Source: an uncultured virus (IMG/VR IMGVR_UViG_3300001282_000003) (lineage: Duplodnaviria > Heunggongvirae > Uroviricota > Caudoviricetes). From it: a DNA stretch of 64,000 nucleotides. The position numbers and the translations under genes were made by a program. This document shows positions 1 through 8,658 of this stretch, piece after piece (position 1 is the first letter of the stretch; each line of letters opens with the position of its first letter). The stretch lies in IMG/VR virus record IMGVR_UViG_3300001282_000003; one strand, written 5' to 3'. The notes under the pieces are model-generated. The model saw only the letters and a list, made by a program, of their open reading frames with translations. It had not been told where the DNA came from and searched no databases.

Positions 1-10
1 GGTTTTTAAT

Positions 11-595
11 TTATTCTGTCTCAATTTCAAATTCTTCTTCATCACCAAACTTATCATCGATTTCGATTTTTAAGTCAATTAAAAATTCCTCATCAATATC
101 TTTAATTTTAACATTTTTAGTTATTTGACCAATAACCTCAAATGTATCTAGATTATATTTTTTAAATTTAATGTAACACATTTCAATATTTTCATAAGAG
201 AAGTCTTTAGTAGCATCTTTAGGCATAGCATCTTTAATATCAATTGCTAAGTAAAGATTATATGTTGCCTCATCATCTGTAAACTTGATAGTTAAAGAGT
301 CATACATTTTTGAATATTTAGAAACCTCTGAACTATCTAATCTAACGCCTAAATCTTTTAAAGACATTTTAGATTTATCTCTACTTTCAGACTTAGCCTT
401 TTGTATAGATTTACTACCGTCTTTTTCTTTTTCTAATTCATCAGCTGGTCCATTAACATCCGATTCACCTTCTTGAAACTCAAACATCTTATCAAACTTT
501 CTCTTTAATTGGTTAAGTGCTATTTCAACATATGATTCAGGAGTATCATTCATAATCTCCTCGTTGATAAATTCTGAGTATTTTCTAATTTTCAT
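11..595 (-). CDS. hypothetical acidic protein with N-terminal capsid-targeting-like motif (putative internal virion protein)
   Basis: 194 aa ORF starting MKIRKYSEFINEE; AATATATA motif just upstream (600-607, minus strand). Confidence 0.7.
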   Translation of the reverse strand: MKIRKYSEFINEEIMNDTPESYVEIALNQLKRKFDKMFEFQEGESDVNGPADELEKEKDGSKSIQKAKSESRDKSKMSLKDLGVRLDSSEVSKYSKMYDSLTIKFTDDEATYNLYLAIDIKDAMPKDATKDFSYENIEMCYIKFKKYNLDTFEVIGQITKNVKIKDIDEEFLIDLKIEIDDKFGDEEEFEIETE

Positions 596-599
596 AATG

Positions 600-607
600 T
601 ATATATT
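600..607 (-). promoter_or_regulatory. putative phage late promoter (AATATATA)
   Basis: Motif recurs a few nt upstream of start codons at about 13 sites; reminiscent of T4 late TATAAATA. Confidence 0.6.
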
Positions 608-620
608 AAATATTATTCCT

Positions 621-628
621 TATATTTG
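621..628 (+). promoter_or_regulatory. Bacteroidota-type -7 promoter element TAnnTTTG
   Basis: TATATTTG 5 nt before the uvsE ATG; same element at about 17 intergenic sites. Confidence 0.65.
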
Positions 629-633
629 TATTT

Positions 634-1560
634 ATGATGAAGAATATCGGATATTGTTGTATTCCAATGGGATGTAACGAAGGTAAACCTAAAAAAGAAC
701 ATATAACAGTTAATAGAGGTATGGTTCGTAGAACTTTTGATGCTAAAGGCTTGCCTTATGCTTCCGAGTTAATTATTGAGAATCTAAAAGATACTCTCAA
801 AGTTCTAGACTATAATCTTAAAAATCATATCTATATCTATCGTTTGAGTTCAGACTCATTTCCATGGATGTCTGAATATGAATTCTCTGACTTACCAAAT
901 TTCAAATTGATTCAAATTCTTATGGCTCAAATTGGTGAGAAGATTAAATCAAATAAAATTCGTGTGAGCTATCACCCAGGTCCTTTCAACGTTTTGGCAA
1001 GTGAGAATCCATCAGTTGTTGAGAAAACAATTAAAGAGTTAAATAAACACGCTGAATTAATGGATTTAATGAACTTAGACAAGACTACGTTCTATCCGAT
1101 AAACATTCATATCAATACAACTAAACCTACCAGAGAAGAAGCCGCAGTGCGTTTCTGTGAGCAGTTTGAGAACCTAAGTGAATCTTGTAAGTTAAGATTA
1201 GTTGTTGAGAATGATGATGGTCAAAATCAATACTCTGTAAAGATGTTACACGACTGGGTTCATACTAAGATTGGTATTCCAATTACTTTTGACCAACATC
1301 ACTTTAACTATGGTCCACAAGACCAATCAATGGAAGAAGCATTGAGATTAGCTCACTCTACTTGGAAAACAAGAGCCTTAACTCATATGAGTTCACCAAA
1401 AACATTAGAAGATACATCAGGAAAACAAACAGCACATGCCGATTATATTTATGAAGAAATTAAAACATTTGGTCTTGACTTTGATACAGAAATCGAAGCG
1501 AAAGCAAAAGACCTCGCAGTTATTAGATATAGAAATCAGTTTAAAGTTCTCAAAGGGTGA
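634..1560 (+). CDS. uvsE: UV damage repair endonuclease UvsE/UVDE
   Basis: IGYCC start, YRLSSD, HPGPFNVLAS, LVVENDD, PITFDQHH, HADYI, EIEAKAKD motifs. Confidence 0.92.
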   Translation: MMKNIGYCCIPMGCNEGKPKKEHITVNRGMVRRTFDAKGLPYASELIIENLKDTLKVLDYNLKNHIYIYRLSSDSFPWMSEYEFSDLPNFKLIQILMAQIGEKIKSNKIRVSYHPGPFNVLASENPSVVEKTIKELNKHAELMDLMNLDKTTFYPINIHINTTKPTREEAAVRFCEQFENLSESCKLRLVVENDDGQNQYSVKMLHDWVHTKIGIPITFDQHHFNYGPQDQSMEEALRLAHSTWKTRALTHMSSPKTLEDTSGKQTAHADYIYEEIKTFGLDFDTEIEAKAKDLAVIRYRNQFKVLKG

Positions 1561-1792
1561 TCGTGTTGTTATTGTGACACGAGCTTATGAGGATCTTAAA
1601 TATCGAGTAGGTTCGGTGGTTGCTGCTAAAGATACACTGGAATTTAACTCATATAGAGTTGAACTAGATTTATATCCAAGTGGATATCAATTAAAACAAC
1701 ATTTAATACCTATTATTTTTGCTGAAGAAGAACTTCAGTTTGAAGATACATCTAAAGAAAGAGATTGGAAGTTAAAACAAGTTCTAAAATGA
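1436..1792 (+). CDS. hypothetical SH3/KOW-like protein with C-terminal RxxK[IL] tag
   Basis: FSKGDRVVIV beta-barrel-like start, ends ERDWKLKQVLK; start uncertain (1451 possible), overlaps end of uvsE. Confidence 0.6.
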   Translation: MPIIFMKKLKHLVLTLIQKSKRKQKTSQLLDIEISLKFSKGDRVVIVTRAYEDLKYRVGSVVAAKDTLEFNSYRVELDLYPSGYQLKQHLIPIIFAEEELQFEDTSKERDWKLKQVLK

Positions 1793-2103
1793 TAAAAAAA
1801 ATACTTTCTATATTCAAAAATAAAGAAGAAGAAATTTATGGTTTTGTTAAATATAACAGAGGTGATGAAGTCAAAGTAACTATTTACTCTGAGGTGCCAG
1901 AATTTTGGTATATTGGTAAAGTATTAGATATTAATGCTCGTTATGTTCTGCCAGATATTAAACAAAGTTGGAAAGTAGAATATTATGTTTCATTTAAGAA
2001 TAGTAAAGGAAGTGAACTAAGATACTGGTTCTTAGAATCAGAATTAAGAAAGTACTCTTTACAAGAAGAAAGAAATTCAAGAATAGACCAATTGTTAAAT
2101 TAA
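1789..2103 (+). CDS. hypothetical SH3/KOW-like protein with C-terminal tag
   Basis: YNRGDEVKV...WFLESEL, ends ERNSRIDQLLN; ATG overlaps previous stop (ATGA). Confidence 0.7.
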   Translation: MIKKILSIFKNKEEEIYGFVKYNRGDEVKVTIYSEVPEFWYIGKVLDINARYVLPDIKQSWKVEYYVSFKNSKGSELRYWFLESELRKYSLQEERNSRIDQLLN

Positions 2104-2121
2104 AACTTAATATATAAGTCT

Positions 2122-2484
2122 ATGAAGAAAATGAGTGAATTAATCAAAGAAAGTGTAGGTTATGTAGGAGTTGGTTGTCAAAGCCTTAATTCTGAGTTAA
2201 TATACTTGACAGAAGGTGGTAATCAGGTTGGGAGTCTTGTACTTATTTATAACGAAAATACAGCTTCTATTTTTTCAGTAGAAGTTCTAAATAAACATAG
2301 AGGAAAAGGATATGGTAAGAAATTAGTAGTTGAGGCTATTAGTAGAGCTAAGTCTAAAGGTTCATATGTTTTAGAGTTAAATACAGAAACAGATAATACT
2401 GTTGCTAATAATCTTTATCAATCTTTAGGATTTGAATTAAGAGGATTAAAAGATGATTTTAATAATTACATAAAAACATTATAA
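2122..2484 (+). CDS. GNAT-family acetyltransferase
   Basis: V-x4-RGKGYGKKL acetyl-CoA motif A and NTVANNLYQSLGF motif B; AATATATA at 2109-2116. Confidence 0.9.
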   Translation: MKKMSELIKESVGYVGVGCQSLNSELIYLTEGGNQVGSLVLIYNENTASIFSVEVLNKHRGKGYGKKLVVEAISRAKSKGSYVLELNTETDNTVANNLYQSLGFELRGLKDDFNNYIKTL

Positions 2485-2485
2485 A

Positions 2486-2515
2486 AGAAAAGAGAGTCAA
2501 ATGACTCTCTTTTTT
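2486..2515. terminator. bidirectional intrinsic terminator
   Basis: AAGAGAGTCA-aa-TGACTCTCTT hairpin flanked by A and T runs between convergent genes. Confidence 0.8.
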
Positions 2516-2537
2516 GTTATTGCTAGACTTTTTTTGC

Positions 2538-2915
2538 TTATTTTTTAAGACCTAAAGCTTGTCTTGTCATTTCTCTAAGATGTTCAATACTTTCATCTCT
2601 TTTTTGTAGCTCCTGATAAATACTTGCTACTTCTTTATTATATCCGTCATATAATTTATCACAACGGCTATCTAACTTTCTATCTAAGTCATTGTAAACA
2701 TTAGACACTGAGTTATCAAACTCTACTAATCTATTGTTTATGTTTTGTACCTCAGCAATTAAGGCATTTTGTAGATTTGTAATGTCTACTACATTGTCTT
2801 TAACAACTTGTCTTAACTTTCTCACAACCACAACCAAGTAAGCTATAGAGCCTACGACCGCAACTGACAAAAGAGTAATCAAAACTGTTACTAAAATTAA
2901 TTGTAAATTTTCCAT
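2538..2915 (-). CDS. membrane-anchored coiled-coil protein
   Basis: N-terminal hydrophobic segment followed by heptad-rich helix. Confidence 0.7.
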   Translation of the reverse strand: MENLQLILVTVLITLLSVAVVGSIAYLVVVVRKLRQVVKDNVVDITNLQNALIAEVQNINNRLVEFDNSVSNVYNDLDRKLDSRCDKLYDGYNKEVASIYQELQKRDESIEHLREMTRQALGLKK

Positions 2916-2917
2916 TT

Positions 2918-3391
2918 TTAATTGTTTATTTTTTGTTGTCTAGCAATTTCTTTTTCTTTTTCTAATTCTTCTGGATGAAGTAAACCTCTTCCATAGACTT
3001 TAAATCTATCTGAGTATCTTAGTTTAACTCTATCTGAAATAGGAATGGGTGATCCTTCTCCATCAAGTTTAACGAATACCATTTTTGTTGAACAAACCAA
3101 TTCTTGTTTACCAGTATGAACATTATGTTTTCTTGCCTCAAGATTGATAGTGATTGATGTTGTTCCAAATTTATCAACCGAAGCATAAATTTTGATAAGG
3201 TTACCTACTCTAACAGGGCTTTGAAAAACTACTTCTTCTATTTTCATTGTGACCATTTTATCCGAGTCACATATTTGACAAGCGTATGCCGCTGCTGCTT
3301 CATCTAAAAATGACATCATATTACCACCAAAGAGATTACCGTGAACTCCTAAGTCTAATGCCATACAAATTTTTGTTGTTACTAATTCCAT
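2918..3391 (-). CDS. acyl-CoA thioesterase (hotdog fold, YciA-like)
   Basis: DLGVHGNLFGGNMMSFLDEAA motif; FQSPVRVG; GTTSITI. Confidence 0.9.
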   Translation of the reverse strand: MELVTTKICMALDLGVHGNLFGGNMMSFLDEAAAAYACQICDSDKMVTMKIEEVVFQSPVRVGNLIKIYASVDKFGTTSITINLEARKHNVHTGKQELVCSTKMVFVKLDGEGSPIPISDRVKLRYSDRFKVYGRGLLHPEELEKEKEIARQQKINN

Positions 3392-3393
3392 AA

Positions 3394-3894
3394 TTACTTT
3401 AATATTTCTTCTAATTTATTATCTCTTTCTTCGTACTTCTCTGTTATATCAGCATATCTTAATCTATATGATGTGCTTAGATTTACTAGATCTACATATT
3501 TTATAATTGAAAAGAGCACAAATGTTTTCCATCTTCTCTTTTCAAAAAAATCATTAACTAAATCTTCGGATTCAAATTCTTTTGTTTCAGCATTATATTG
3601 TTTTGAAACTATTTTATTATCAACTACTTTCATTATATGAAATGATGGCATCGAAGTAACATAAGAAATTTTAGTCCAATGTTTATCTAAAAATTGACCT
3701 AACCATAATGATGGATCAACTGTAGCCATTCTAACATTACTATTATCACTACCCATTCTAAAGCAGTTATCAATTAGTATTTTAATACCTTCAAGATTAT
3801 TCTCACCAATAGGATAAACTGATATACTTTTTGGATCCGTATTCGTTAGTTGAGTCGGTCCATTTAAATTTTTTATAAAGTCTTTGAATATCAT
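3394..3894 (-). CDS. hypothetical protein with C-terminal tag
   Basis: 166 aa; ends EERDNKLEEILK. Confidence 0.7.
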   Translation of the reverse strand: MIFKDFIKNLNGPTQLTNTDPKSISVYPIGENNLEGIKILIDNCFRMGSDNSNVRMATVDPSLWLGQFLDKHWTKISYVTSMPSFHIMKVVDNKIVSKQYNAETKEFESEDLVNDFFEKRRWKTFVLFSIIKYVDLVNLSTSYRLRYADITEKYEERDNKLEEILK

Positions 3895-3896
3895 AT

Positions 3897-4574
3897 TTAT
3901 TTTATGTAATAATATAGTTTAAGTTTATCTCCCCAGGAGACATCAACGACAAATTCTTCTTTTAATATCTTACAAGATTTATTTTCGTGTGATGTAATAA
4001 AGTGACAGCCTTTTGACAGCCTATTAAATATATCAGACCTCATATCATAATCAAAACAAACATCATTCATAAAAACAATAGAACCCATTGATAAATCAAA
4101 ATCTTTTACATCTTTTTCAATGAAAAAAATTGATTTATGTTCTGGTAAAACTTCTTCTTTAATAGACTTAGCATATCTAAGTCTTTGTGGAACTATTTCA
4201 ATACCAACAAATGTTTTTATATCAGACTTAATAGCAGTATGTATAATTAATTTACCACAACCACAACCAATATCTACGAAAACATCTTTATCAGATACTT
4301 TTTTATATTTATTGATTTTATTTATGATTTCATCAACACCATTTCTAAGAATCTCACCATATGTAAAATTATTATTATAATTTCCTTTATATGTGAAGTG
4401 TTTATTGATATTTGTATCTCTTTTAGTAAAATTTTCTAATTTGAATTTGTCTTCAGATGAATAGTTATCCCAAACACCTAAAGACACACAAATAGATTTA
4501 ATACTAAATAAGTTATGCTTATAAAGTTGATCTAATTTAGAATTGTCTAATAATAATTTAAGTTCCTTGTCCAT
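3897..4574 (-). CDS. SAM-dependent methyltransferase, DOT1-like
   Basis: TYGEI, FVDIGCGCGK (motif I), GIEI, IVFMNDVCF resemble the DOT1 family; start set at MDKELK. Confidence 0.7.
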   Translation of the reverse strand: MDKELKLLLDNSKLDQLYKHNLFSIKSICVSLGVWDNYSSEDKFKLENFTKRDTNINKHFTYKGNYNNNFTYGEILRNGVDEIINKINKYKKVSDKDVFVDIGCGCGKLIIHTAIKSDIKTFVGIEIVPQRLRYAKSIKEEVLPEHKSIFFIEKDVKDFDLSMGSIVFMNDVCFDYDMRSDIFNRLSKGCHFITSHENKSCKILKEEFVVDVSWGDKLKLYYYIK

Positions 4575-4980
4575 ATTTAACAATCTCAATTTTAGCCTCT
4601 CTTAAAAAATCTAAGCCAGAGGTGTCTTTATAGTCTTCAATGTAGACTAATCGTTTTATTCCAGATTGTAGTATAAGTTTAGAACAATCTCTACAAGGAG
4701 AATGTGTTTGATATAAAGTACTACCCTCACAAGAATGACCATGTTTAGCACACTTTAGAATAGCATTAGCTTCACCGTGAATAACATACCAATTAGTATC
4801 ACCATCACCATTCTCACAAGAGTTATCAAAGCCTGTTGGTGTTCCATTATAACCATCAGATATAATCATTCCGTTCTTAACTATTAGGGCACCTACTTGT
4901 TTTCTACTACAATGTGAAAGTTTAGCCCACTCTGTAGCCATATTCAAATAAGTTCTATCGTATCTTTCTTCCTTAGTCAT
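4558..4980 (-). CDS. dCMP deaminase (ComEB-like)
   Basis: SHCSRKQVGALIV, GYNGTP, HGEANA and SPCRDC zinc motifs. Confidence 0.93.
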   Translation of the reverse strand: MTKEERYDRTYLNMATEWAKLSHCSRKQVGALIVKNGMIISDGYNGTPTGFDNSCENGDGDTNWYVIHGEANAILKCAKHGHSCEGSTLYQTHSPCRDCSKLILQSGIKRLVYIEDYKDTSGLDFLREAKIEIVKYGQGT

Positions 4981-5122
4981 TTTTAAATAGTTTATTTATT
5001 TTATATTTTCTAACCTCGTTTCTTTCCAGACCTAACATTTTAATTATCCAATCTATTGAAAAGTATGGAGTATTATATGATTTAATCATATCAGACATTA
5101 TTTTCATTCTATCCTTATTCAT
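4973..5122 (-). CDS. 49-aa mini-protein: portal (gp20)-like fragment plus C-terminal tag
   Basis: Not in ORF track; MNKDRMKIMSDMIKSYNTPYFSIDWIIKMLGLERNEVRKYKINKLFKND; 8-nt ATGANTAA overlaps at both ends. Confidence 0.7.
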   Translation of the reverse strand: MNKDRMKIMSDMIKSYNTPYFSIDWIIKMLGLERNEVRKYKINKLFKND

Positions 5123-5267
5123 TGAATAATTTATTAATTTTTTTCTTTCTTATAAGTTTTCTAACACTATCTTTATATACCTTATTAAAGGCTTCTTTTG
5201 GATATATTCTACCATTGTGTTTATCATAGGCTTTTTGTATAACACCTTCTAGAATATACTTACTCAT
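5115..5267 (-). CDS. 50-aa mini-protein: prohead protease (gp21) N-terminal-like fragment plus C-terminal tag
   Basis: MSKYILEGVIQKAYDKHNGRIYPKEAFNKVYKDSVRKLIRKKKINKLFNE; start at the ATGAGTAA overlap. Confidence 0.75.
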   Translation of the reverse strand: MSKYILEGVIQKAYDKHNGRIYPKEAFNKVYKDSVRKLIRKKKINKLFNE

Positions 5268-5433
5268 CTGGAAATAACTTTTTAATTTTTTCTTTTCTAC
5301 TACCTCTTTTAAAATCATTTATAACATCAGCAACAGCAGGTGAAACAACCATATAATTAGCACTACCTTTAGTAGATGCTTTATGAATCATTTCAGATGC
5401 CTTTAATAATTTATTAATTAGTTCTTTACTCAT
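5260..5433 (-). CDS. 57-aa mini-protein: major capsid protein (gp23)-like fragment plus C-terminal tag
   Basis: Not in ORF track; MSKELINKLLKASEMIHKASTKGSANYMVVSPAVADVINDFKRGSRKEKIKKLFPDE; ATGAGTAA overlap with upstream HNH gene. Confidence 0.72.
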   Translation of the reverse strand: MSKELINKLLKASEMIHKASTKGSANYMVVSPAVADVINDFKRGSRKEKIKKLFPDE

Positions 5434-6211
5434 GTGTTATTCTTATATTAGTTTTCACACTCCAATCTTTTGGTAAATGTTTACACTCATTATGTTCTAA
5501 GAAGTGTGATCTCCACATCTCTATAAAACTTTGTATATTATCTATCTTAGACATAACAACTTCACCGTGGGTCTTTTTAATAACCATTGTTTTTATTTTA
5601 GATATCTTCTCTAATCTTCTACAATCTAACCTTTTAATACCAAAGTAATCTTTAATCTTCTTTTTCATCAGATTAATTTTATCTTTAGGTATAGTAATAT
5701 CTGGATTAAGTAAAGCAATTGATATCTTCACATAAGTTATTAACTCTTTACTATCACTACATAATTCACCGTTCAAAGGTATTTGATACTCTTCGCCAAT
5801 TTTGTTTTTTAACTCATCTGCTTTTCTTTCATAAGAATCATGACAATCAGCACATAATGAAAGAACATCGTGGAAGTTATGAGATTTTAATTCCATCGGA
5901 AAGTATCTACGATAACAGTAAGGCACAACGTGGTGTCTAGTAAGATATTCTTCATTACCACAAGTAACACAGCGATTACCCATTTCAGATAAACCGAATG
6001 ATTTATTATGATTACCTAAACCTCTTGGTTCAAATTTCAATTTAACTATTAATGGTGATTCTGATACAATCTCACCTAAATTTCTATTAAGATACCACTT
6101 GGCTTTTTTCTCGTCACATCTAAACATCAAAATCCCACCCGGAGATAGGACTTGACAGTTTCCATAAATTTTTCGGTCTTTCTCTACACCATATGATGTA
6201 ACTCTACCCAT
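5426..6211 (-). CDS. HNH-like nuclease resembling the C-terminal HNH region of EXD2
   Basis: CVTCG...LTRHHVVP...HDVLSLCADCH; N-terminal IYGNCQVLSP...CDEKKAKWYL...LKFEP. Confidence 0.75.
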   Translation of the reverse strand: MGRVTSYGVEKDRKIYGNCQVLSPGGILMFRCDEKKAKWYLNRNLGEIVSESPLIVKLKFEPRGLGNHNKSFGLSEMGNRCVTCGNEEYLTRHHVVPYCYRRYFPMELKSHNFHDVLSLCADCHDSYERKADELKNKIGEEYQIPLNGELCSDSKELITYVKISIALLNPDITIPKDKINLMKKKIKDYFGIKRLDCRRLEKISKIKTMVIKKTHGEVVMSKIDNIQSFIEMWRSHFLEHNECKHLPKDWSVKTNIRITHE

Positions 6212-6214
6212 TTA

Positions 6215-6772
6215 TTAAGCGATATGTTTGTCGATTTGTTGAATGTTTAATTCTACCAAAGTTTTTCTACCAAAGATTAAAACAGCAATCTTAACCTTAT
6301 CACCATCAATGTTTTCAACATCACCAGTGAATGAATTAAAAGGACCATCTAAGATTTTAACTTCTTCGCCTATGATGAATCTGTTTGTAGATTCCTGTTC
6401 AACAGCTACTTGTTCTTGTACACCAATCATTCTTTCTACTTCTTTAAGAGAAAGTACTTGAGGTTTTTTAGCTCTATCTGAAAGTAAACCAGTGGCACCA
6501 TCACAACCTTTAACAAAGTGTGCTAATTCTCCAATTGATATTGTTTCAACAAAAATATAACCAGGGTACATAACTTTTTCTCTGGTAACTTTCTTACCGT
6601 CTTTTAAGTGGAAGCTTTTTTCAGTAGGTACTAAAACTCTACTAATAGCACCCATCAAGTCACCTTTTTCAGATTCTTTTCTTAACTTTTCGGCTACAGA
6701 ACGCTCACGATTAGATTGTGCTCTAACGATGTACCACTTCATTGTTGTTTCTTTTTCCATTGTTGTATTCAT
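6215..6772 (-). CDS. nusG: transcription elongation/antitermination factor NusG
   Basis: KWYIVRAQSNRE, YPGYIFVE (NGN domain), GEEVKILDGPFNSFTG (KOW), IFGRKTLVEL. Confidence 0.93.
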   Translation of the reverse strand: MNTTMEKETTMKWYIVRAQSNRERSVAEKLRKESEKGDLMGAISRVLVPTEKSFHLKDGKKVTREKVMYPGYIFVETISIGELAHFVKGCDGATGLLSDRAKKPQVLSLKEVERMIGVQEQVAVEQESTNRFIIGEEVKILDGPFNSFTGDVENIDGDKVKIAVLIFGRKTLVELNIQQIDKHIA

Positions 6773-6781
6773 ATTTTTAAT

Positions 6782-7177
6782 TTAATTTCCTTTTTCTATT
6801 TGTTTGTAATATTTGAGTTCTTCTTTAATGAAGTCGATATGATGTTCAATTAGATAATCTAAATCAATATCTTTTATTTTAAGTTTTTGTAAAAGAAGTT
6901 TGTAATCCTTATCAATGATCTCAGACTTTTCGCCTTTCTCACTCTTAGACCAAAACCAATTTGGATAAGGTTGCTTTAACATAAACTGATACCATAAATT
7001 CATGGCGGTTATCTTATCTATTGATTTTAGGTTAAGAAGTTGAGCCTTTTCGGGAAATTTTTTAGCAAAGTAACGGTTGAAGATAAAGAAGCAAGACTCC
7101 TTTTCTTCATCCGGTACATTTACCCAATCACTCTTTTTATAGAACATTGCGTTCCCTACAAGTTTCAAATCCGCCAT
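6782..7177 (-). CDS. hypothetical protein, possibly clamp-loader small subunit (T4 gp62-like)
   Basis: FFIFNRYFA...AQLLN segment, size, and position next to RNase H; weak by-eye similarity. Confidence 0.45.
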   Translation of the reverse strand: MADLKLVGNAMFYKKSDWVNVPDEEKESCFFIFNRYFAKKFPEKAQLLNLKSIDKITAMNLWYQFMLKQPYPNWFWSKSEKGEKSEIIDKDYKLLLQKLKIKDIDLDYLIEHHIDFIKEELKYYKQIEKGN

Positions 7178-8151
7178 TATCTTAATACTGAATAACCAGT
7201 TTCCATTTTGTTAATAATCTCATCTGGTAAATTGTGTAATCTTAAATCGATTAATCTCATATTACCTTTAATGTTTTCTACAATTGATTCAATTTGAGTT
7301 TTACTTAACTTTTTCTTTTCACAGATTAAGTCAGCTATATTCTCATATAAATCTGGATCGCCTAAGTTTACTTCACCAAACTCTTGTAGATATTCGTCAT
7401 AAATTGTTTTAGCTCCTTTATCACCAATACCTCTTTTCTTTCCATTCTTAGTAACAGACCAAACAGAGCCGATATTATCTGAAGTATCACCTGAAATGAC
7501 TTTAATCATTAAAGATTCAACTGGGTCAATTTCGTTGATTTCATACTTGTTAATAAATCTATCAAGTAATAATAAGAAGTCTGTATTATCATTTAGACTA
7601 AAAATATCGTCACTTGGTAGTTTAGATACTTTATTCAAAAAGACTTGATAGTTTCTTGGTAAAAAGAGTTTTTCTTTATTATACATTTCATTAGTCATAA
7701 TGTTAATGTACAATGGATCCAAACCATAGTTAACAATTTGTTTAATATCATAGTCATTTGAAACTATGATTGCTGATCTTCCTTCTTTATTAGCTTTAGT
7801 AACTAAGAATGAAATCCAGTCATCACCTTCAACATGAGGTGCTTCTAAAATTTTCACTAAATCTCTCATAGAATCTTTGAATTCACCGTAAGCGTTATAA
7901 ACGAATTGCCAGTCAATATCAGAATCTTTTTTACGAGTAGCTTTGTAAGCAGTGGTTAATTGTTTTCTCCAAGATTTCTCTTTGGAATCAGAGACAAGAT
8001 AAACATTAGCAAATGGGTACCACTTTCTATAATTGTTTATTGTATTCTCTAATGACTTATGTAGTGCGCCGAACAATAAATTGTTCTTGTGTAGTGTGAA
8101 TGTATTCTTACTTAGAATATAATTACCATCTATTATTAAATCACATATCAT
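7177..8151 (-). CDS. rnh: T4 RNase H-like 5'-3' exonuclease/flap endonuclease
   Basis: LIIDGN, SWRK...YKATRK, EGDD, VSNDYD, GDTSDNI, GIG motifs of the FEN/5'-nuclease family. Confidence 0.88.
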   Translation of the reverse strand: MICDLIIDGNYILSKNTFTLHKNNLLFGALHKSLENTINNYRKWYPFANVYLVSDSKEKSWRKQLTTAYKATRKKDSDIDWQFVYNAYGEFKDSMRDLVKILEAPHVEGDDWISFLVTKANKEGRSAIIVSNDYDIKQIVNYGLDPLYINIMTNEMYNKEKLFLPRNYQVFLNKVSKLPSDDIFSLNDNTDFLLLLDRFINKYEINEIDPVESLMIKVISGDTSDNIGSVWSVTKNGKKRGIGDKGAKTIYDEYLQEFGEVNLGDPDLYENIADLICEKKKLSKTQIESIVENIKGNMRLIDLRLHNLPDEIINKMETGYSVLR

Positions 8152-8206
8152 TGGATTTTATTAATTTTATTTTTATACTAAAATAAAGATGGTTTGTTTT
8201 TCTAAT

Positions 8207-8629
8207 CTATTTAAGAATCTCTTTTATTTTTCTATCTCTTTCTAAAATTTTGAATTTAATTTCTAAATATTCTTCTATCTCTGAAGGTAAGTTAAGGTTA
8301 TTCTTTTTTAACTCATCGTAAAAAGGTTTACCTAAAACATTTAATGTTGAAATAGCAACAGCAAGATGTGGATCACCATAACCATCAACTTCAATATCTT
8401 CATCTAAAACATGATAAGTTGTTTTATTAATTGAGTAGTTCATAGTGCTACCGCCCCAAGTAAGATATTGACCAGATGATAATGTAGATGTTGTGATTGA
8501 AGAATTTGTACCAGATATGTTGATAACTCCAGAATTACCTACTGAGCTTGATATAGAAGGTGTTCCAAATACTGGAGCACCTATTGCGCTTGTGTGAACT
8601 GTTTGTCCGGCTATGTTTACGAATCCCAT
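8207..8629 (-). CDS. hypothetical protein with Ser/Thr-rich N-terminus and C-terminal tag
   Basis: ends ERDRKIKEILK with a TAG stop. Confidence 0.7.
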   Translation of the reverse strand: MGFVNIAGQTVHTSAIGAPVFGTPSISSSVGNSGVINISGTNSSITTSTLSSGQYLTWGGSTMNYSINKTTYHVLDEDIEVDGYGDPHLAVAISTLNVLGKPFYDELKKNNLNLPSEIEEYLEIKFKILERDRKIKEILK

Positions 8630-8658
8630 AGGAATTATATAAACATCATATAGAAAGT

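Noticed and set aside
5268..5318. ORF-track start at 5318 for the protease-like mini-gene
   Set aside because: That extension overlaps the 5260-5433 ORF; the ATG at 5267 fits the repeated ATGANTAA coupling and begins at the gp21-like segment.
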